Assembly: GCF_009914755.1 (NCBI RefSeq) | Contig: NC_060933.1 | Source: the human T2T-CHM13v2.0 reference genome, Homo sapiens | Strand: one strand, 5' to 3' | DNA: 64,000 bases | Shown: positions 1 to 13,600 of the stretch, in pieces | Layout: each line of letters begins with the position of its first letter | Position numbering within the stretch: the stretch's first letter is position 1 | The notes under the pieces: generated by a model | The model's input: only the letters and a program-made list of their open reading frames with translations | Told to the model about the DNA's origin: nothing | Database searches by the model: none | Position numbers and translations under genes: made by a program

Positions 1-20
1 GGTATGATTATCATTTTCTC

Positions 21-302
21 AAGCTTTATTGAGGTATAATTGACAAAAGTTGTATATATTTAAGGTTTACAATGTGATGGTTTGACATACATTGTGAAAT
101 GATTACTGCAATCAAGCTAATTAACCTATCACCTTACAGAGTTTCCGTGTGTGTGTGTGCGCGCATGTGTGCGTGTGTGTGAGAGAGAGAGAGAGATGAG
201 AATACTAGAGATGAGAATACTTAAGATCTGCTCTGAGTAAATTTCAAGAGTACGATACATTATTATTAACTATAGGCACCATGCTGTACAAGAGATCTCC
301 AT
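21..302 (-). mobile_element. Old L1 3' end (L1MA8-10-like) with embedded (GT)n(GA)n microsatellite at ~147-195
   Basis: gctttattgaggtataattgac...atcaagctaattaac...actata(g)gcaccatgctgtaca matches the antisense L1MA 3' UTR. Confidence 0.75.
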
Positions 303-1024
303 AGGGTGGAATTATCATTTTGTTAAAGAAATTTTTATATATGTATTTTATTCTACCAGAATTTTACACATGTGCACACACGCATACACATTGCATGAAT
401 GTGTGGTCTTTAAAAAAAAAAACAAAAAGTACTTTTCATATCTCCTTTATATGACTGTTTAAAATTACCAGTAAATTATTTTATCTATGTAATATAAAGT
501 TCCCTTCTAAACAGTAATCTACGCCCTTCAGTTACATTGTTATACTGCAAGACTAAGAATTATCATCCAGCTCAATTTAAATATGGATTATATTAAATTA
601 ATCAACTTATTGTTATTGGCTATAGTTCTTTAAATAAAAGAAAATTCTTCCTTCTATTCAGGATGATGTGACAGGGTTGTAAAACCTTAGTCATCTGGCC
701 AGAGAAATGTCTTCTAAAGTTTGTAGCCCCATGATATTTTCAGAATAATTAGATGGCAGCCACCAATCAAGTGTCCTTTGTGAAGAAAGCAAAGTTCGTC
801 AATTTATTCAGAGCACATTCTCAAACCAGAGCAGAGCTTCAGCACATCAATTAGGGTGTTTGAAGAATTCCCTCAACTCTCAAGACCCATTTACTGTATA
901 AGACAAAACTTACAGCAAGGACGATAGGAGAATGTGTATTTTCTCCTAACAAAATGGGTTCTGAAATTTGTAACTAAAAATAATTAATAAAAAGTATATG
1001 TAAAATATGTAAACTACACATGCA

Positions 1025-2067
1025 AAGTATCTGCGTGTGTATGGGTGGTGTGTGGGGGGGTAAATGCGTGTGTGAGCATAGGTATATGTGATGTGTGTGT
1101 GTGAATGTGAGTGCATGTGTGTGAATTTGAGTGTATGTGCGCATGTGAGTGTGTGAGTGTATGTGTGACTGTAAATGTGTGGGTGTGTGTGTATGTGTAT
1201 GAATGTGCATGAGTGTGTGTGAATGTGAGTGTGCAGGTGTATGTGTGTGAATGTGAGTGTGTATGTGTGAGAATCTGAGTGTGTGAGTGTATGTGTGACT
1301 GTAAATGTGTGGGTGTGTGTGTATGTGTGTGAATGTGTATGAGTGTGAATGTGAGTGTGTGGGTGGATGTGTGTGAATGTGTGTATGTGTGAGAATGTGT
1401 GTGCATGTGAGTGTATGTGTGACTGTAAATGTGTGTGGGTGTGTGAATGTGTATGAGTGTGTGAATGTGAGTGTGTGGGTGTATGTGTGTGAATGTGAGT
1501 GTGTATGTGTGTGAATGTGAGTGTGTGTATGTGACTGTAAATGTGTGTGTGTGGGTGTGAATGTGTATGAGTGTGTGAATGTGAGTGTGTGGGTGTATGT
1601 GTGTGAATGTGAGTGTGTATGTGTGAGAATGTGTATGAATGTGTGTGAGTATATGTGTGACTGTAAATGTGTGGGTGTGTATGTATGTGTGTGAATGTGT
1701 ATGAGTGTGTGTGATGTGAGTGTGTGGATGTATGTGTGTGAATGTGAGTGTGTATATGTGAGAATGTGTGTGAATGTGAGTGTGTGAGTGTGTGTGACTA
1801 TAAATGTGTGGGTGTATGTGTGTGAGAATGTATTTGTGTCTGAATGTGTGTGAGTGTATATGTGTGAAGTGACTGTGAGCACATGTGTGTGAATGTGACT
1901 GAGTGTATGTGTGTGAATGTGTGTGGGGGGTTGTTTGTATCTGTGAATGTGGCTGAGTGCATGGGTATGTGCATGTGTCTGTATGTGTGTGTGTGGATTT
2001 GTGTGTGGGTATATGTGTATGTGTGGGGGGGGTGTGTGAATTTGTAGGGGAAGTATATGTGTGTGTG

Positions 2068-2107
<40 letters not shown>
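1025..2107. repeat. Complex TG-rich tandem array with ~112-137 bp higher-order units, ending in pure (TG)n
   Basis: gtgt/gaat/gagt/gtat subunits; GACTGTAAAT landmark recurs at 1167, 1297, 1421, 1533, 1659 and (as GACTATAAAT) 1796. Confidence 0.95.
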
Positions 2108-2110
<3 letters not shown>

Positions 2111-2319
2111 GCGCTCCTGTAAACCCAGAGGCGGATGGAGAAACGTAGACAGGCAATTAGTAAAGGATTCCCCACAAGAGAGTCAGACCAAAAGGGAAAA
2201 CAGAATTGCTGAAAACTGGAGGAGTTCTAGAACTTTCCAAGGACAGTTCACATGCATGGAGTCCAGGGTGTTGTTCTAACATGCATGAGAGTGCTGGGTA
2301 GGAACAGTGAGAGCTGAGG

Positions 2320-2420
2320 CCAACTCCCAGCTGGCCACCAGCACAGGACAGTGGGCAAGTTATTTGACTCTTAGTGCCCCAATTTCCTCAACCATAAAAC
2401 GGGGTAATATTGGTGCATAT
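2320..2420 (+). mobile_element. MIR fragment
   Basis: gggcaagttatttgactct..gtgccccaatttcctca..ataaaacgggg resembles the MIR core. Confidence 0.55.
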
Positions 2421-3109
2421 GGTGAGGAGAAAACAGGCCAAAGCCCACTGGCTGGAAGGGGTTGCCCAGCGCGGCAAGGCACTGTCAGGCCCTTTGAGAA
2501 TGTGCTGGGTCAGAGAAAGACAGATGGACCAATGGGTGCAGGTTCTGGTGGAGCCCATCAGGTCACCTCGCACGGTGCTGACCAGGGTCAGCTGCCTCTC
2601 ACCATGAGTCAGGCTGCTGCAAAGTCTCTGTGCTGCTAGTCCCTGGTCACGTCCCTAAGCCACTCTTTCTCTGGCCATAGGTACTTTGCCGGGCAGCTCT
2701 GCTCACTGCCTGGTGTCAGTCCTGCGCGTGTCCTCTTCTGACTCTACATTTTCTCCTGTGGTCTCAGCCACTCCTAAATCTGTCCTGATGTTCCCCAAAT
2801 GCGTACCTAGGTCCACACTTTTTGTGGCTGTCGCATACCTACAGAGAGGGTGGCATCTCCACGTGGACACCCCTCGGGCATCTCAGACTCGTCAAGTTCA
2901 AACCGGAGCACCTTGTCATCCCTCCACAGCCTCTGTCCTCTAATCTCTGCTGTCACTGTCCTTCACCTATGGGCACCATCTACCACCAGGTGTATGCTGA
3001 TCACACCCACTTCCCTCCTCCCCGTCACAGCCCTCATGTTCCCACCCCCCGTGATCTGCTGCTTGGCTTATAAAACTCCCCAACTGTCCCCACTTACCCC
3101 TCTCTCATC

Positions 3110-3480
<371 letters not shown>

Positions 3481-3541
3481 TAACAAATGCACATGGAAAG
3501 CTTTGCACGTGCTCCCTCAGGCTCTGCACCATCCCTGCATG

Positions 3542-3755
3542 GGATTAGTGGTTAATCACCTACGCTGCAGTATCCAGGAGAGAAAGCCCAGCTCCACCAC
3601 TAGCCAGCTGTGTGACCTGGGAAATTTGCTTAACTTCTTGAGCCTCAGTTATCCCATCTGTAAAATGGGGATAAAAATCATACTTGATTTTCTAGGAATT
3701 TTGTGAAAATTATATGGGCTAATCTAAGAAAAGCCCCTAGTAAGAGCTCAGAAAC
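3542..3755 (+). mobile_element. MIR
   Basis: agctgtgtgacctgggaaatttgcttaacttcttgagcctcagttatcccatctgtaaaatggggataa is the MIR core. Confidence 0.85.
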
Positions 3756-5390
3756 TAAGAACAAGGACTCTTCCTCCTCAGCCACACTTCCCAGCACCTC
3801 TGCCCCCAGTGCCCCCAGCCCTTTCCTTCACAGTCCTGGCCTTTTCACATGCTGTTATAACTCCCTGACCTCCTTCTATTCCATTCAGAACCTAACAGTC
3901 CTCCCTGCCTTTCAGAGGTCACCTTTGCCTGCATGCCTGATGACTCTCCAATCTAAGTCAGCACAATGCCCCCAGCCCTGAGTTACGCCTCTTGTGATTT
4001 CCATTATTTTCTCTGTATAGTAGCCTTTTTTAAAGAGGATGTCACACTTTTTAAAACATCTTAGTTGAACATCCTCACTTTGGGCTTAAGGCCTAAGCAC
4101 AAATAGAGCTGTCAGCCTGTTCTTCCCATGCTCTGCTAGCAGCAAAAACAGCAGCTTTTGTGACCACGTGGATCACAAAAGGTATGGCGTGGCCAAATGG
4201 AGGGAAAAAGCCAATCAAAGGAGCTGCTTAGAAATCCCAGTGACGTCTTTCAAAGAACTGTTCAGAGAGCCAACAGCCACTGGTCTCTAATCAATTCTCC
4301 AACAGAAACAGTGTAAGATTTTTAAAAAAATAAAAAATAACACTTTCTTTATTTTCAACCAAGGAAAAATCCCAATTTTGCCTTTCATAAAGTCCAGGCT
4401 GTGACCTCTCCAGGGATGTCACCTCCATCATAGGACGCCCCTCCCACTGCTGGGTCATGAGGGATGGGACTGCTCAGCAGAAACGTCTGGACCCAAGAGC
4501 AAAATCCTCTACCTGGGCCATTTCCAGTGTGCCCTTTTTTTTTCCCAACATGTACGTTATGTGCTTCTTCTAATAGATCACCCAAGCAGCTAACTAGCAC
4601 AACCAAACAACTTCGGTTCTCACACTGTTCCTTAATAATTGCATTTTGATGTCAGCAATGCAGTGTTAATTGCTACAAACTAATGAGAAATGCACAGGAT
4701 GACTTCATGCGTAAATATGTTCAAGCAACACTATACAAAGGATTTTTATCGTTGTTGTTGCTGTTTTGGTAATGCAAAGCCAGAAGAGAGAGAACAGTGT
4801 CATTGTGGAGCACACACTGGTATAAAGATGCCAAATTCTAAGGGATTTGCAGCACATGCATGGGGGCCATGTTGACATTGGGAGCAACAGTTGAGCTTTC
4901 TGCTACTGGATGGGGCGTGGTCCCAAGAGCAGAGAGGAAGGGCTGGGGACCCTGTCGAGGAGCATGTCTGGCTGGGCATCCCATGGAGGGCTGCTCTGTG
5001 TGCTCCCTGAGCATCATCAGCACAGCAGCCTGCACCCTCTTTCTCAAAGTTCCTCTCTTTGTACCAGAGCCTGCCCACACACCGTTGCTTAAGAGGGGAA
5101 CATAATTCCGGTTGCCATCAACTGTATTAATTGCTTACCATCTTTTCTCTAATCACCTATATCACAAAATCATCATGCATGCCATTAAGAGGAAGTCCTA
5201 TTTATCAGTCTACAAGCATTTATTGAGGTCCCTCGCCCCTTAGGAGCTGACAGCAGATGACAGCTGACAATGATGACAGTTGTAATCATTGGCTTTCCAA
5301 GACTGCAACCCTCAAACTGGTTCTGAGGTCATCAGCTTCAACAGTTTCTGGTTCACATGGTAGGACTCTATATTCATCATTTTGTAGAAA

Positions 5391-5636
5391 GAACTAAATG
5401 ACGAGAACATATGGACACATAGAGGGGAACAACACATACTGGGGCCTTTCAAAAGGTGGAGGCTGGAGGGTGGATGGTGGAGGGTGGACGGAGGGAGAAG
5501 ATCAGGAAAAATAACTAATGGGTACTAGGCTTAATACCTGGTTGATAAAATGTAATCTGTATAACAAACTCCCATGACACAAGTTTACCTATGTAACAAA
5601 CCTGTACTTGTACCCCTGAACTTAAAGGTTAAAAAG
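5391..5636 (+). mobile_element. L1PA (older, PA13-16-like) 3' UTR
   Basis: aaatgacgagaacatatggacac...gggtactaggcttaatacctgg...cccctgaacttaaa. Confidence 0.85.
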
Positions 5637-5967
5637 AGAGAGAACTTTTGCAAAATATCCTTTGTCACCAACATAAGTCCCAAGTGTAAAAGCTTCTCTT
5701 TGTGGAATCAGTGGCTAATTTTCATCCATAAAGGTGGCATTTGTCCTTTCTACTCCATCACATCTGACGTCAGTTCAGTGCAACTTTTTAAAAAGATATG
5801 CATTCTATATTTAGTTCCAGAAAAGATTCAAGCGGAGTCAAATGACTGTATACAATGCAGTAAGAAAATGTAAAATTAATGAGAGAGATAAGAGAGAATG
5901 AGGGTACCAAGTAAAGAATGTAGTAAGAAGTTTGTGGGAAGGGGGTGCTTTCTTTCACTGCAGTGAA

Positions 5968-6345
5968 ACTCACATAATATAACATTTACCGACTCAACTA
6001 TTTTTAGTGTACCACTGAGTATTAAGAACATTCATAGTGTTGTGCAATTATCACTACCATCCATTTCCTCAACTTCTTCCTCTTGCAAAACTGAAACTCT
6101 GTGCTCATTAAACACTAACTACACTAACTCCCTATTCTCCACCCCTCAGTCCCTGGCAGCCATCATCCTACTTTCTGTCTCTAAGAATTTGACTACTCTA
6201 GCCACCTCATATAAGTGGAATCTCATAATATTTGCCCTTTCATGACTGGTTTATTTCACTTAGCATAATGGCCTCGGGGCCCATCTGTTTTGTAATGGAT
6301 CAGAATTTCATCCCTTTTTAAGGTTGAAAAGCATTCCGTCATAGG
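5968..6345 (-). mobile_element. L1MB 3' end
   Basis: gcaaaactgaaactctgtgctcattaaac...cctcatataagtggaatc...tttatttcacttagcataatg. Confidence 0.8.
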
Positions 6346-6565
6346 AAAATACCAGAGATATATAAATGTATCTCTTTTACATGACATACTTTAACCTCTG
6401 TGTTCATATAAGTTTCACAAAACACGATCTATGTCATTGTGGAACGTCCGAAATCATGGCTAGGGTAGGAGGTCATGATAGTTGCGAATAGAATTATTGT
6501 AAATCCTTTCACAAATAACTGAACTCAACTCACTGATTGTTTTGCTGCCCCCATCCCCGCCGCGC

Positions 6566-6593
6566 GCACACACACACACACACACACGCACAC
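6566..6593. repeat. (CA)n microsatellite
   Basis: Direct inspection. Confidence 0.9.
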
Positions 6594-6819
6594 TTTTATT
6601 TTTTCCTTTCCAACTTTAAATTATTCTCGTTTCTCACTATCTAAAAGCTTGGTGTCCCTTCTGGGTTGAAAGTGTTATTATAATTGCTGCTTTTCTGCTG
6701 CAGCCATCTCTTAAAAGATTTAAATTAAATGAAAGTATTTCTGACAACTTATAAAATGTGAAACTCAATGTAGAGCTCTGATTACATTTTCTGACAGTGA
6801 AGGTTTCTTGGAACGTTAT

Positions 6820-8340
6820 CCATTTAACAGCTATCTAGTGAGTGCCTTGTCCACATCAGGCACTGTTCTTGGGGCTGGGGATTCAGCAAGGAACAGAGAC
6901 TCTGCCTCAGCCTTTCCAGGCTTACATGCATTTGTGTTCCAGAGGTGAAGACCGACAATAAAATACCAGTAAACAAATGGAATAATTGCAAGTTATGGTA
7001 TGTGTTAGAAAGAAACAATGCAGGACTGATGTAGAAAGTCTCCACAGTGAGTGGTGTGCTGAGGTGGTCAGGAAAAGGGCACTCCAAAGATAGACAGGAC
7101 ATTGAAACTGAGATGGAAAGCTATCGAAGAAGCTGGTGATGCAGAGAGATCCACACAGACGGAGGAGCATGTGTGAGGTCCCTGAGCTGGCAAAGAGCGT
7201 ATGATGGTCAAGGAGCTACGAGCCAACATTGAATCTGGAGAATGATGATCTGGGAGGAAGGTAGCACAGAGGCTCTGGGGAGGGAGAGCCTCAGAGATCA
7301 TAATGAAAAGTGAAGTTTATTCCATGTTTGCTGAGAAGCACTCAGGAGTGGGTTGTTTTGCTTGTTTGTTTTATTTGTTTGTTTTTGAGACGGGGTCTCG
7401 CTCTGTCGCCCAGGCTGGAGTGCAGTAGCGCGATCTTGACTCACTGCAAGCTCCGCCTCCCGGGTTCACGCCGTTCTCCTGCCTCAGCCTTCCGGCGCTC
7501 CGGAGTGTTTCAAGCAGGATATCACCTGAATTGTACTTGAAAAGAAGCTTTCTTGCAGCTTGGTGGCGCTTGGATTGAAGAGTAGCAAGTGTGGAATGTG
7601 GCCACTAATGAGCGGGCTGGAGCTTAGCACAGGTGCTCCTGATGCGGGCTCAGCTAGGGGCCCTAGAGCCAGAAGAGGCAGCTGATTCAATCTTCTATGG
7701 GAAATGCACTTGAGGGTCCTTATTCACCTGTTAGGGATAAGCAGTAACACCAGGTGTTTGGCTTGAAAACTGAGAGCATGGTGGTGCCCTTTGCTGAGAT
7801 TCCTCATCTCAGTATGAGACAAGGGCATTTGGGGGTGAAACTCAAGGGTTCTGTGTTGAAGAGTTAGAAATGAGCTATCTGCAAAAACCCAATGGAGGTG
7901 TAAAGCTTGTTTGTACTGTATGCTAGTGTGGCTTCCAGTGGAGAGCTCAGAGCTACAGATACAATTTTAGAGTCATTAACATAAGGGTGGTATTTGAATT
8001 CATGAAGATTACCACAGAATAGAGAACAGAGAAGATCAAACTCCGGCTCTGAGGAGCTTCACCATGGAGAGGTCAGGTAGAGAAGAAGACAGGGTGCTGC
8101 AGACAGGGAGCCGAGGGCTGGGAGCTGAACTATGGACCCGGGGAAGGCCGGTTCCACGGCAGTGGGGAAAAGCCACATTAAACCTTCTGATCAGTGAATA
8201 GAGGCAAGAGAGTGGAGATGGTGGGAATGGGCAGGGTTTTGAGAATTCTGCTTTTAAAGAAGATTGGAGCTATAAGGTAGTAGCTGGAAGAGGAAAGTAG
8301 ATGCAGGACTTTCTTTTTGATTGAGAGGTAATACAGCATG
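6820..8340 (-). mobile_element. L2 3' region fragments
   Basis: catttaacagctatctagtgagtgcc...aggcactgttcttggggctgggga, followed by purine-rich antisense L2 body. Confidence 0.65.
7352..7493 (-). mobile_element. 5'-truncated AluY-type fragment (~110 bp of right arm plus tail)
   Basis: AluY-diagnostic gcaagctccgcctcccgggttcacgcc; imperfect flanking repeat ctc(a/c)ggagtg. Confidence 0.85.
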
Positions 8341-8534
8341 TTGATAAACAGTGCACTGATGAGAATGTTTACTGGAAGTGGTCACTTTTGTGTTAGAATA
8401 TTTGCAGCACAGTTACCCTCTTGGCAAAAATCAACCAGCACAGCCAACTGCCTCTTCTGGCAGTAGTAGATCCAAAATATTAAAATACACCATCTGCACA
8501 GAAAAGATGGTAGATCAATAAAACTTGAGAGATT

Positions 8535-8860
8535 AATTCATGATATTTAATAAGAATTCACTAGGTAATAGGCACTAATTTAGAACTTGGCTTAACTTTT
8601 GGAATGATACAGAACAGGAGCTTGTATTCTTGTGTGGGAAGACAATCAACAGTAAGAGGAAAGGTAAATTATGGAGTATATTGGAGGGTGATTATGGTGA
8701 TGGGAAAGTGCAGCAGGAATCCACAAGAAGGTGTTTAGGGAGAAGCTTGCAATTTTAAATAGGAGGTAGGGTGGGTCTCACTGAAGTAACATTTGAGCCA
8801 AGACTTAGAGAAGGTGAAGGCTCTAGCCATGCATATCTAGGGGAAGAGTATTCTAAGGTG
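8535..8860 (-). mobile_element. L2 fragment
   Basis: ctcactgaagtaacatttgagccaagacttag..gaaggtgaagg..agccatgcatatctaggggaagagtattc. Confidence 0.65.
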
Positions 8861-9581
8861 AGGGATGAGAGATGGATGATAACTAAACAGACGGGCAGAC
8901 AGTGGTGCATAACTTCCAACTCTGAAGTCAATTCTATCTACCCCAAATCATTCCAAAGACTTTGAATACCTACATAAATGTTATAAAATTATTGGAAAAC
9001 CAAAAAATCAACATGAACTCTCCCTCTGTCCAGATGTTTCAGTATCATGTGTTTAGTATATAGCATGTGCACTTTATGCAAAAGCATTATCACCAGATCA
9101 ACACTTTCAAGTATGGAGTTTGTTCCTATGTAAAAACGAATCATGTTCACATGGTGTTAGCTACAAATGGAAGGGAGGTATGAAAATGAGCCAGTGATAC
9201 AACTAGAGATGGCTAGAAACCTCCTCTAACATCTGGACACAAGAACCACTATCTGAAATCAATTTTAAGGAGTGGATTCCTCATATATGACCTGACTGTA
9301 TTAAAGAATTATTTGTTACCTGGAAGCAAAGGTGAGAACCATCCTAACCTGTCCTTTCTGAGCTTGTGCCTGACAACTAGTACAGCACCCAGCATTGCCT
9401 TTGGCAGTATTAAGCATGTGTGTGATGGGCCAGCCTCCTTTCTTTGTGTCTGTCTTCCTGCCATGGGGAGTCTTCTCAGATCTCCCGCCAGAATTGTTTT
9501 CTAAGGGCATTTTATCCATACCTTGGTTAAAGGACATTTCAACACCCATCCTGCCTCATAACTGTATACCATTTTATCAAC

Positions 9582-10292
9582 TGTAGAATAACAAGGTTCA
9601 TACATTTGGAAAGGAGAGCTTTATTTCCCACAAAGGATTGCAGCCTGCAGGCCATTGTGACATGCTGAGAAGCACAGCCTCCTGCCAGAAGCCAGAAACA
9701 GGAACTTAGAAGGTGGAAAGAATGAAAGGGATTTTTGCTGAACAGGATGGCCAAACATACATATTCAACAGGTTATGGGAGGAGATATGAATATTCATGA
9801 AGGGGAACCATGGGCAGGCTACTGTAGGCTAGCATGCAGGCAACATGCATCCTAAGTTCATTTTTGGGTGGAGAGTTAACATTTAAATATATTATAATCA
9901 GGCCCTATACATCAAAAGATGAAACAGAAGGTCTTCTGTGCACAGGCTCTGTAGACTGGCGAGGACCACTCCATGGTTTGTGGTCTCTTATCAACAAAGA
10001 ATGCTGTTCAGTTGTTGTGTCAAAACTGCAAAGGGGAGAAGCAGTGTCAGGTGGTTGGTTGAAATCAGTAGTGCAGCAAGTCTTTCAAAAGGGCTAGTTT
10101 CTGTCTAACTCTTAGGAAAGAAGTCCTAACGCCAGTAAGTGAGGAAGTGAGGGGGTATGATGAGGTGTGTCCAACCTCCCGTCCCATCATGGCCAGGAAC
10201 TCAGTTTTTGAGGTTTCTCTGGGGTCCTCTTGACCAAGAGTGAATCTGTTCAGTCAGTGGGGGGACTTAGGATTTCATTTTTATTTCCTAAC
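9582..10292 (-). mobile_element. Solo ERV1 LTR, MER39-like
   Basis: Reverse complement starts aaataaaaatgaaatcctaagtccccccactgactgaac...gaccccagagaaacctcaaaaactgagttcctggccatgatgggacgggagg, as in MER39. Confidence 0.75.
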
Positions 10293-10370
10293 TTGTACCC
10301 ATCTTTCTAAAGTGTAAAGTTCTTGAGGACAGGAACTATTTCTTTCCTGAGGCAAAGAGGGAGCAGAAAA

Positions 10371-10570
10371 TTTTTTTATTGTGGTAAAATATATAAAACA
10401 TAAAATTTACCATTTTAACCATTTTTCAGTATACAATTCAGTGGCAGTAAGTATATTCGCATTGTTGTACAGCCCTCACTACCATTCAGCTCCAGAACAA
10501 CTTTTATCTTCCCGAACAGAAATGCCATACCCATTAAACAACAGCTCCTCATTTTCCTTCCCCCAGCCAA
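10371..10570 (-). mobile_element. L1MB 3' terminal fragment
   Basis: tttattgtggtaaaatatata..cataaaatttaccattttaaccatttt..tacaattcagtggca. Confidence 0.8.
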
Positions 10571-10589
10571 CAGGTACGAGTTCTTGTAA

Positions 10590-11072
<483 letters not shown>

Positions 11073-11076
11073 TGAA

Positions 11077-11700
11077 TGTTACCAAACTGAATTGGGGTCC
11101 ACTCATCCAGCACAGTAAAGCCAGACACTGACACTGAGATTTGCAGCAGGAGAAAGGGGCATTTATCGCGTGCCGCCAAGCAGGAGTATGTGCAGCCTCA
11201 CTTATAACTCAAATTCCTCAATGGATTACAAGCAAGAGTTTTTAAAGGCAAGAGTACATTTCAGGAAAACAGAAATTTCAGGCAAAATTGTAAACCAATA
11301 CATGGAGGCTATGCCCCTATGTGAGTGTAACTCTCTCCAGACCTGGCAAAAAGAAATGTAGAACAAAAACTGGAAGTCCGAGTTCAGCCTTGCGTTCCCC
11401 CTTCTCTGAGGTCTATGTGATAGTGGTCAACATTTTCTACCTGCTGGGGATTCTGAGAAACAAGTCAATCACATACATTAATATGTTATTATTTAGTTTT
11501 TATAGGGAACCAAAATACCTGGTGACTCTGGCTTGCTTGGGTGACTATTATTACTATCTTCTTGCTTATCAAGCTGCTCATTTACTTTCCAAGGCTAGTT
11601 AGATGCCCAGAATTTCCCTTGAAGGGAATCAAGATTGTTCCTTTATTTCCATGCTTGGGGAACCCAGCAGGGTCCTTAGAGGTGTCCCTGCTCCATCTCA
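11077..11700 (-). mobile_element. Solo ERV1 (MER4-group) LTR, subfamily not determined
   Basis: TG...CA termini (tgttacc...ccatctca); minus strand starts tgagatggagcagggac; near-TSD tgaa/tgac. Confidence 0.7.
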
Positions 11701-12018
11701 TGACCAAGGCACACACTCCAGCAGTATAACCTCAAACCCCCAAATGTCTAAACTGGAGGGACCATTGGGGTCATGTAATTCAAGCTCCTTATTTTACAAA
11801 TAAAAAAATTTTACACTTCAGGAGTTGGGCTTAATTTTTTTAAGTAGCAAAACTTATAACACGGTTTTCTTTAATTCCCCAGAGTGAATCCAGTGGCCAG
11901 CAACAGATGAAGTAGGCACATGAGTCGTTGCTCTGGGTTTTTAGAGTTGTGCTTCTGTATTCCTTCTGCTGAAATTGCAGGAAGATTTCTTGAGATGAGG
12001 TTTAGAATGAAAGCCTTA

Positions 12019-12640
12019 TATGCTGTTGCTGGGAGTATAAATTAGTACAACCACTATGGAAGACAGTGTGGCAATTCCTCAAAGACCCAAAAACAGAACT
12101 ACCATTTGACCCAGCAATCCCATTACCAAGTATTTAACCAAATAAATATAAATCATTCTATTATAAACACACGTGAACATGTATGTTCATTGCAGCACTA
12201 TTCACAACAGCAAAGACATGGAATCAACCTAAATATTCATCAATGATGGGCTGGATAAAGAAAATGTGGTACATATACACCATGGAATGCTATGCAGCCA
12301 TGAAAAGAATGAGATTATCTCCTTTGCAGGAACATGGATGGAGCTGGAGGCCATTATTCTCAGCAAACTAACACAGGAACAGAAAACCAAACACCACATG
12401 TTCTCACTTATAAGTGGGAGCTAAATGATGAGAACACATGGACACACAGAGGGGAACAAAAGACATGGTGGGAGGTGGGAGAAGGGAAAGGATCAGGAAA
12501 AATAACCAATGGATACTAGGCTTAATACCTGGGTGATGAAATAATCTGTACAACAAACCCCCATGACACAAGTTTACCTGTGTTACAAACCTGCATATGT
12601 GCCCCTGAACTTAAAAGTTAAATTAAAAAAGAAAAGAATT
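12019..12640 (+). mobile_element. L1PA (older) 3' end: ORF2 C-terminal remnant plus 3' UTR and poly(A)
   Basis: ORF track MFIAALFTTAKTWNQPK..WIKKMWYIYTMECYAA is the L1 ORF2 C-terminus; typical 3' UTR follows. Confidence 0.9.
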
Positions 12641-13437
12641 GGGCAAATTTTAACCTGAGGAAGAGTGAACACCCAATTACCAGATGTCAAAAGTGTTATT
12701 ATTTTCTTGTTGCTCTGTTTAAAATTGACAGGACACAAATTGTGCAAGGTTTCTGGAAGGGAAGAATATGCACGATTGGCTTGGCACAGGCCTTTCATAT
12801 TGGTCAACTTTTAAGCTAATCATCAAATGTGTTACCAAATCCTTAAGTCTTTGCATCTGCCTAGCAGACAGTACTGCAGCCTCCACGAAAAACTGACTTA
12901 AAATTTTAAATGGATTTTTCCCCCAACTATTATGTGCACATGGAATATTATGTGCATCCTTAGATAAAAGTATACATGTCTCCAATGCCAGTTTTGCTTG
13001 CAAGTTACACATCGTCATCTTGATTGTGCTGACAGTTACACCAGTACACATATGTCAACATTTATTAAATTCTACATTTTAAATATGTCCACTTTACTGC
13101 ATATGAATTATATATCAATAAAAAATACAAAAGCGTGGAAAAATAAATAATCACAGGAGGAAAAAGGAATTGCATCTCACTTTCCTGGACTCCCAGACCC
13201 CTCTGGGGCCATGGATGTGGGCTGCCTGTCATGGCTTGCGGCCTCTAGGGAATGTCATCACTCCCTTTCTTGGCAGAGCAGGTTGTTAAAAAAGGATTCA
13301 GCAGAACCATCTCTCTACTGACTATGCAGCCATCTCAGACTCAAGAAAACCAGCTTTTTAAACTGCAAGTATACCCATTCCTAAGCCAAGGACAGGGCGA
13401 TCCCAGGGAGGCTATGGTTTAGGGGAAAGCATAATGT

Positions 13438-13600
13438 CAACAGGTATAAAATCCAGCGGTGCAAGATAAACAAGTTCTAAAGACTTGCTGTGCAACATTG
13501 TGCCTATAGATAATCAGAGTGTGTTGTTCATGTACACACCTGTTAAGAGAGTGAGTCTTGTGTTATATGTTCTTACCACAATGAAAAAAAAAATTAAAAG
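13438..13600 (+). mobile_element. L1MB 3' terminal fragment
   Basis: gcaagataaacaagttctaaagacttgctgtgcaacattgtgcctatag...gttcttaccacaat followed by an A tail. Confidence 0.7.

Noticed and set aside
974-2156. 302-aa and 380-aa His/Thr-rich ORFs
   Set aside because: Translation of the (CA)-rich strand of a tandem repeat, which lacks stop codons by composition
5765-5772. Perfect CRE TGACGTCA
   Set aside because: A single 8-mer in 64 kb is not informative
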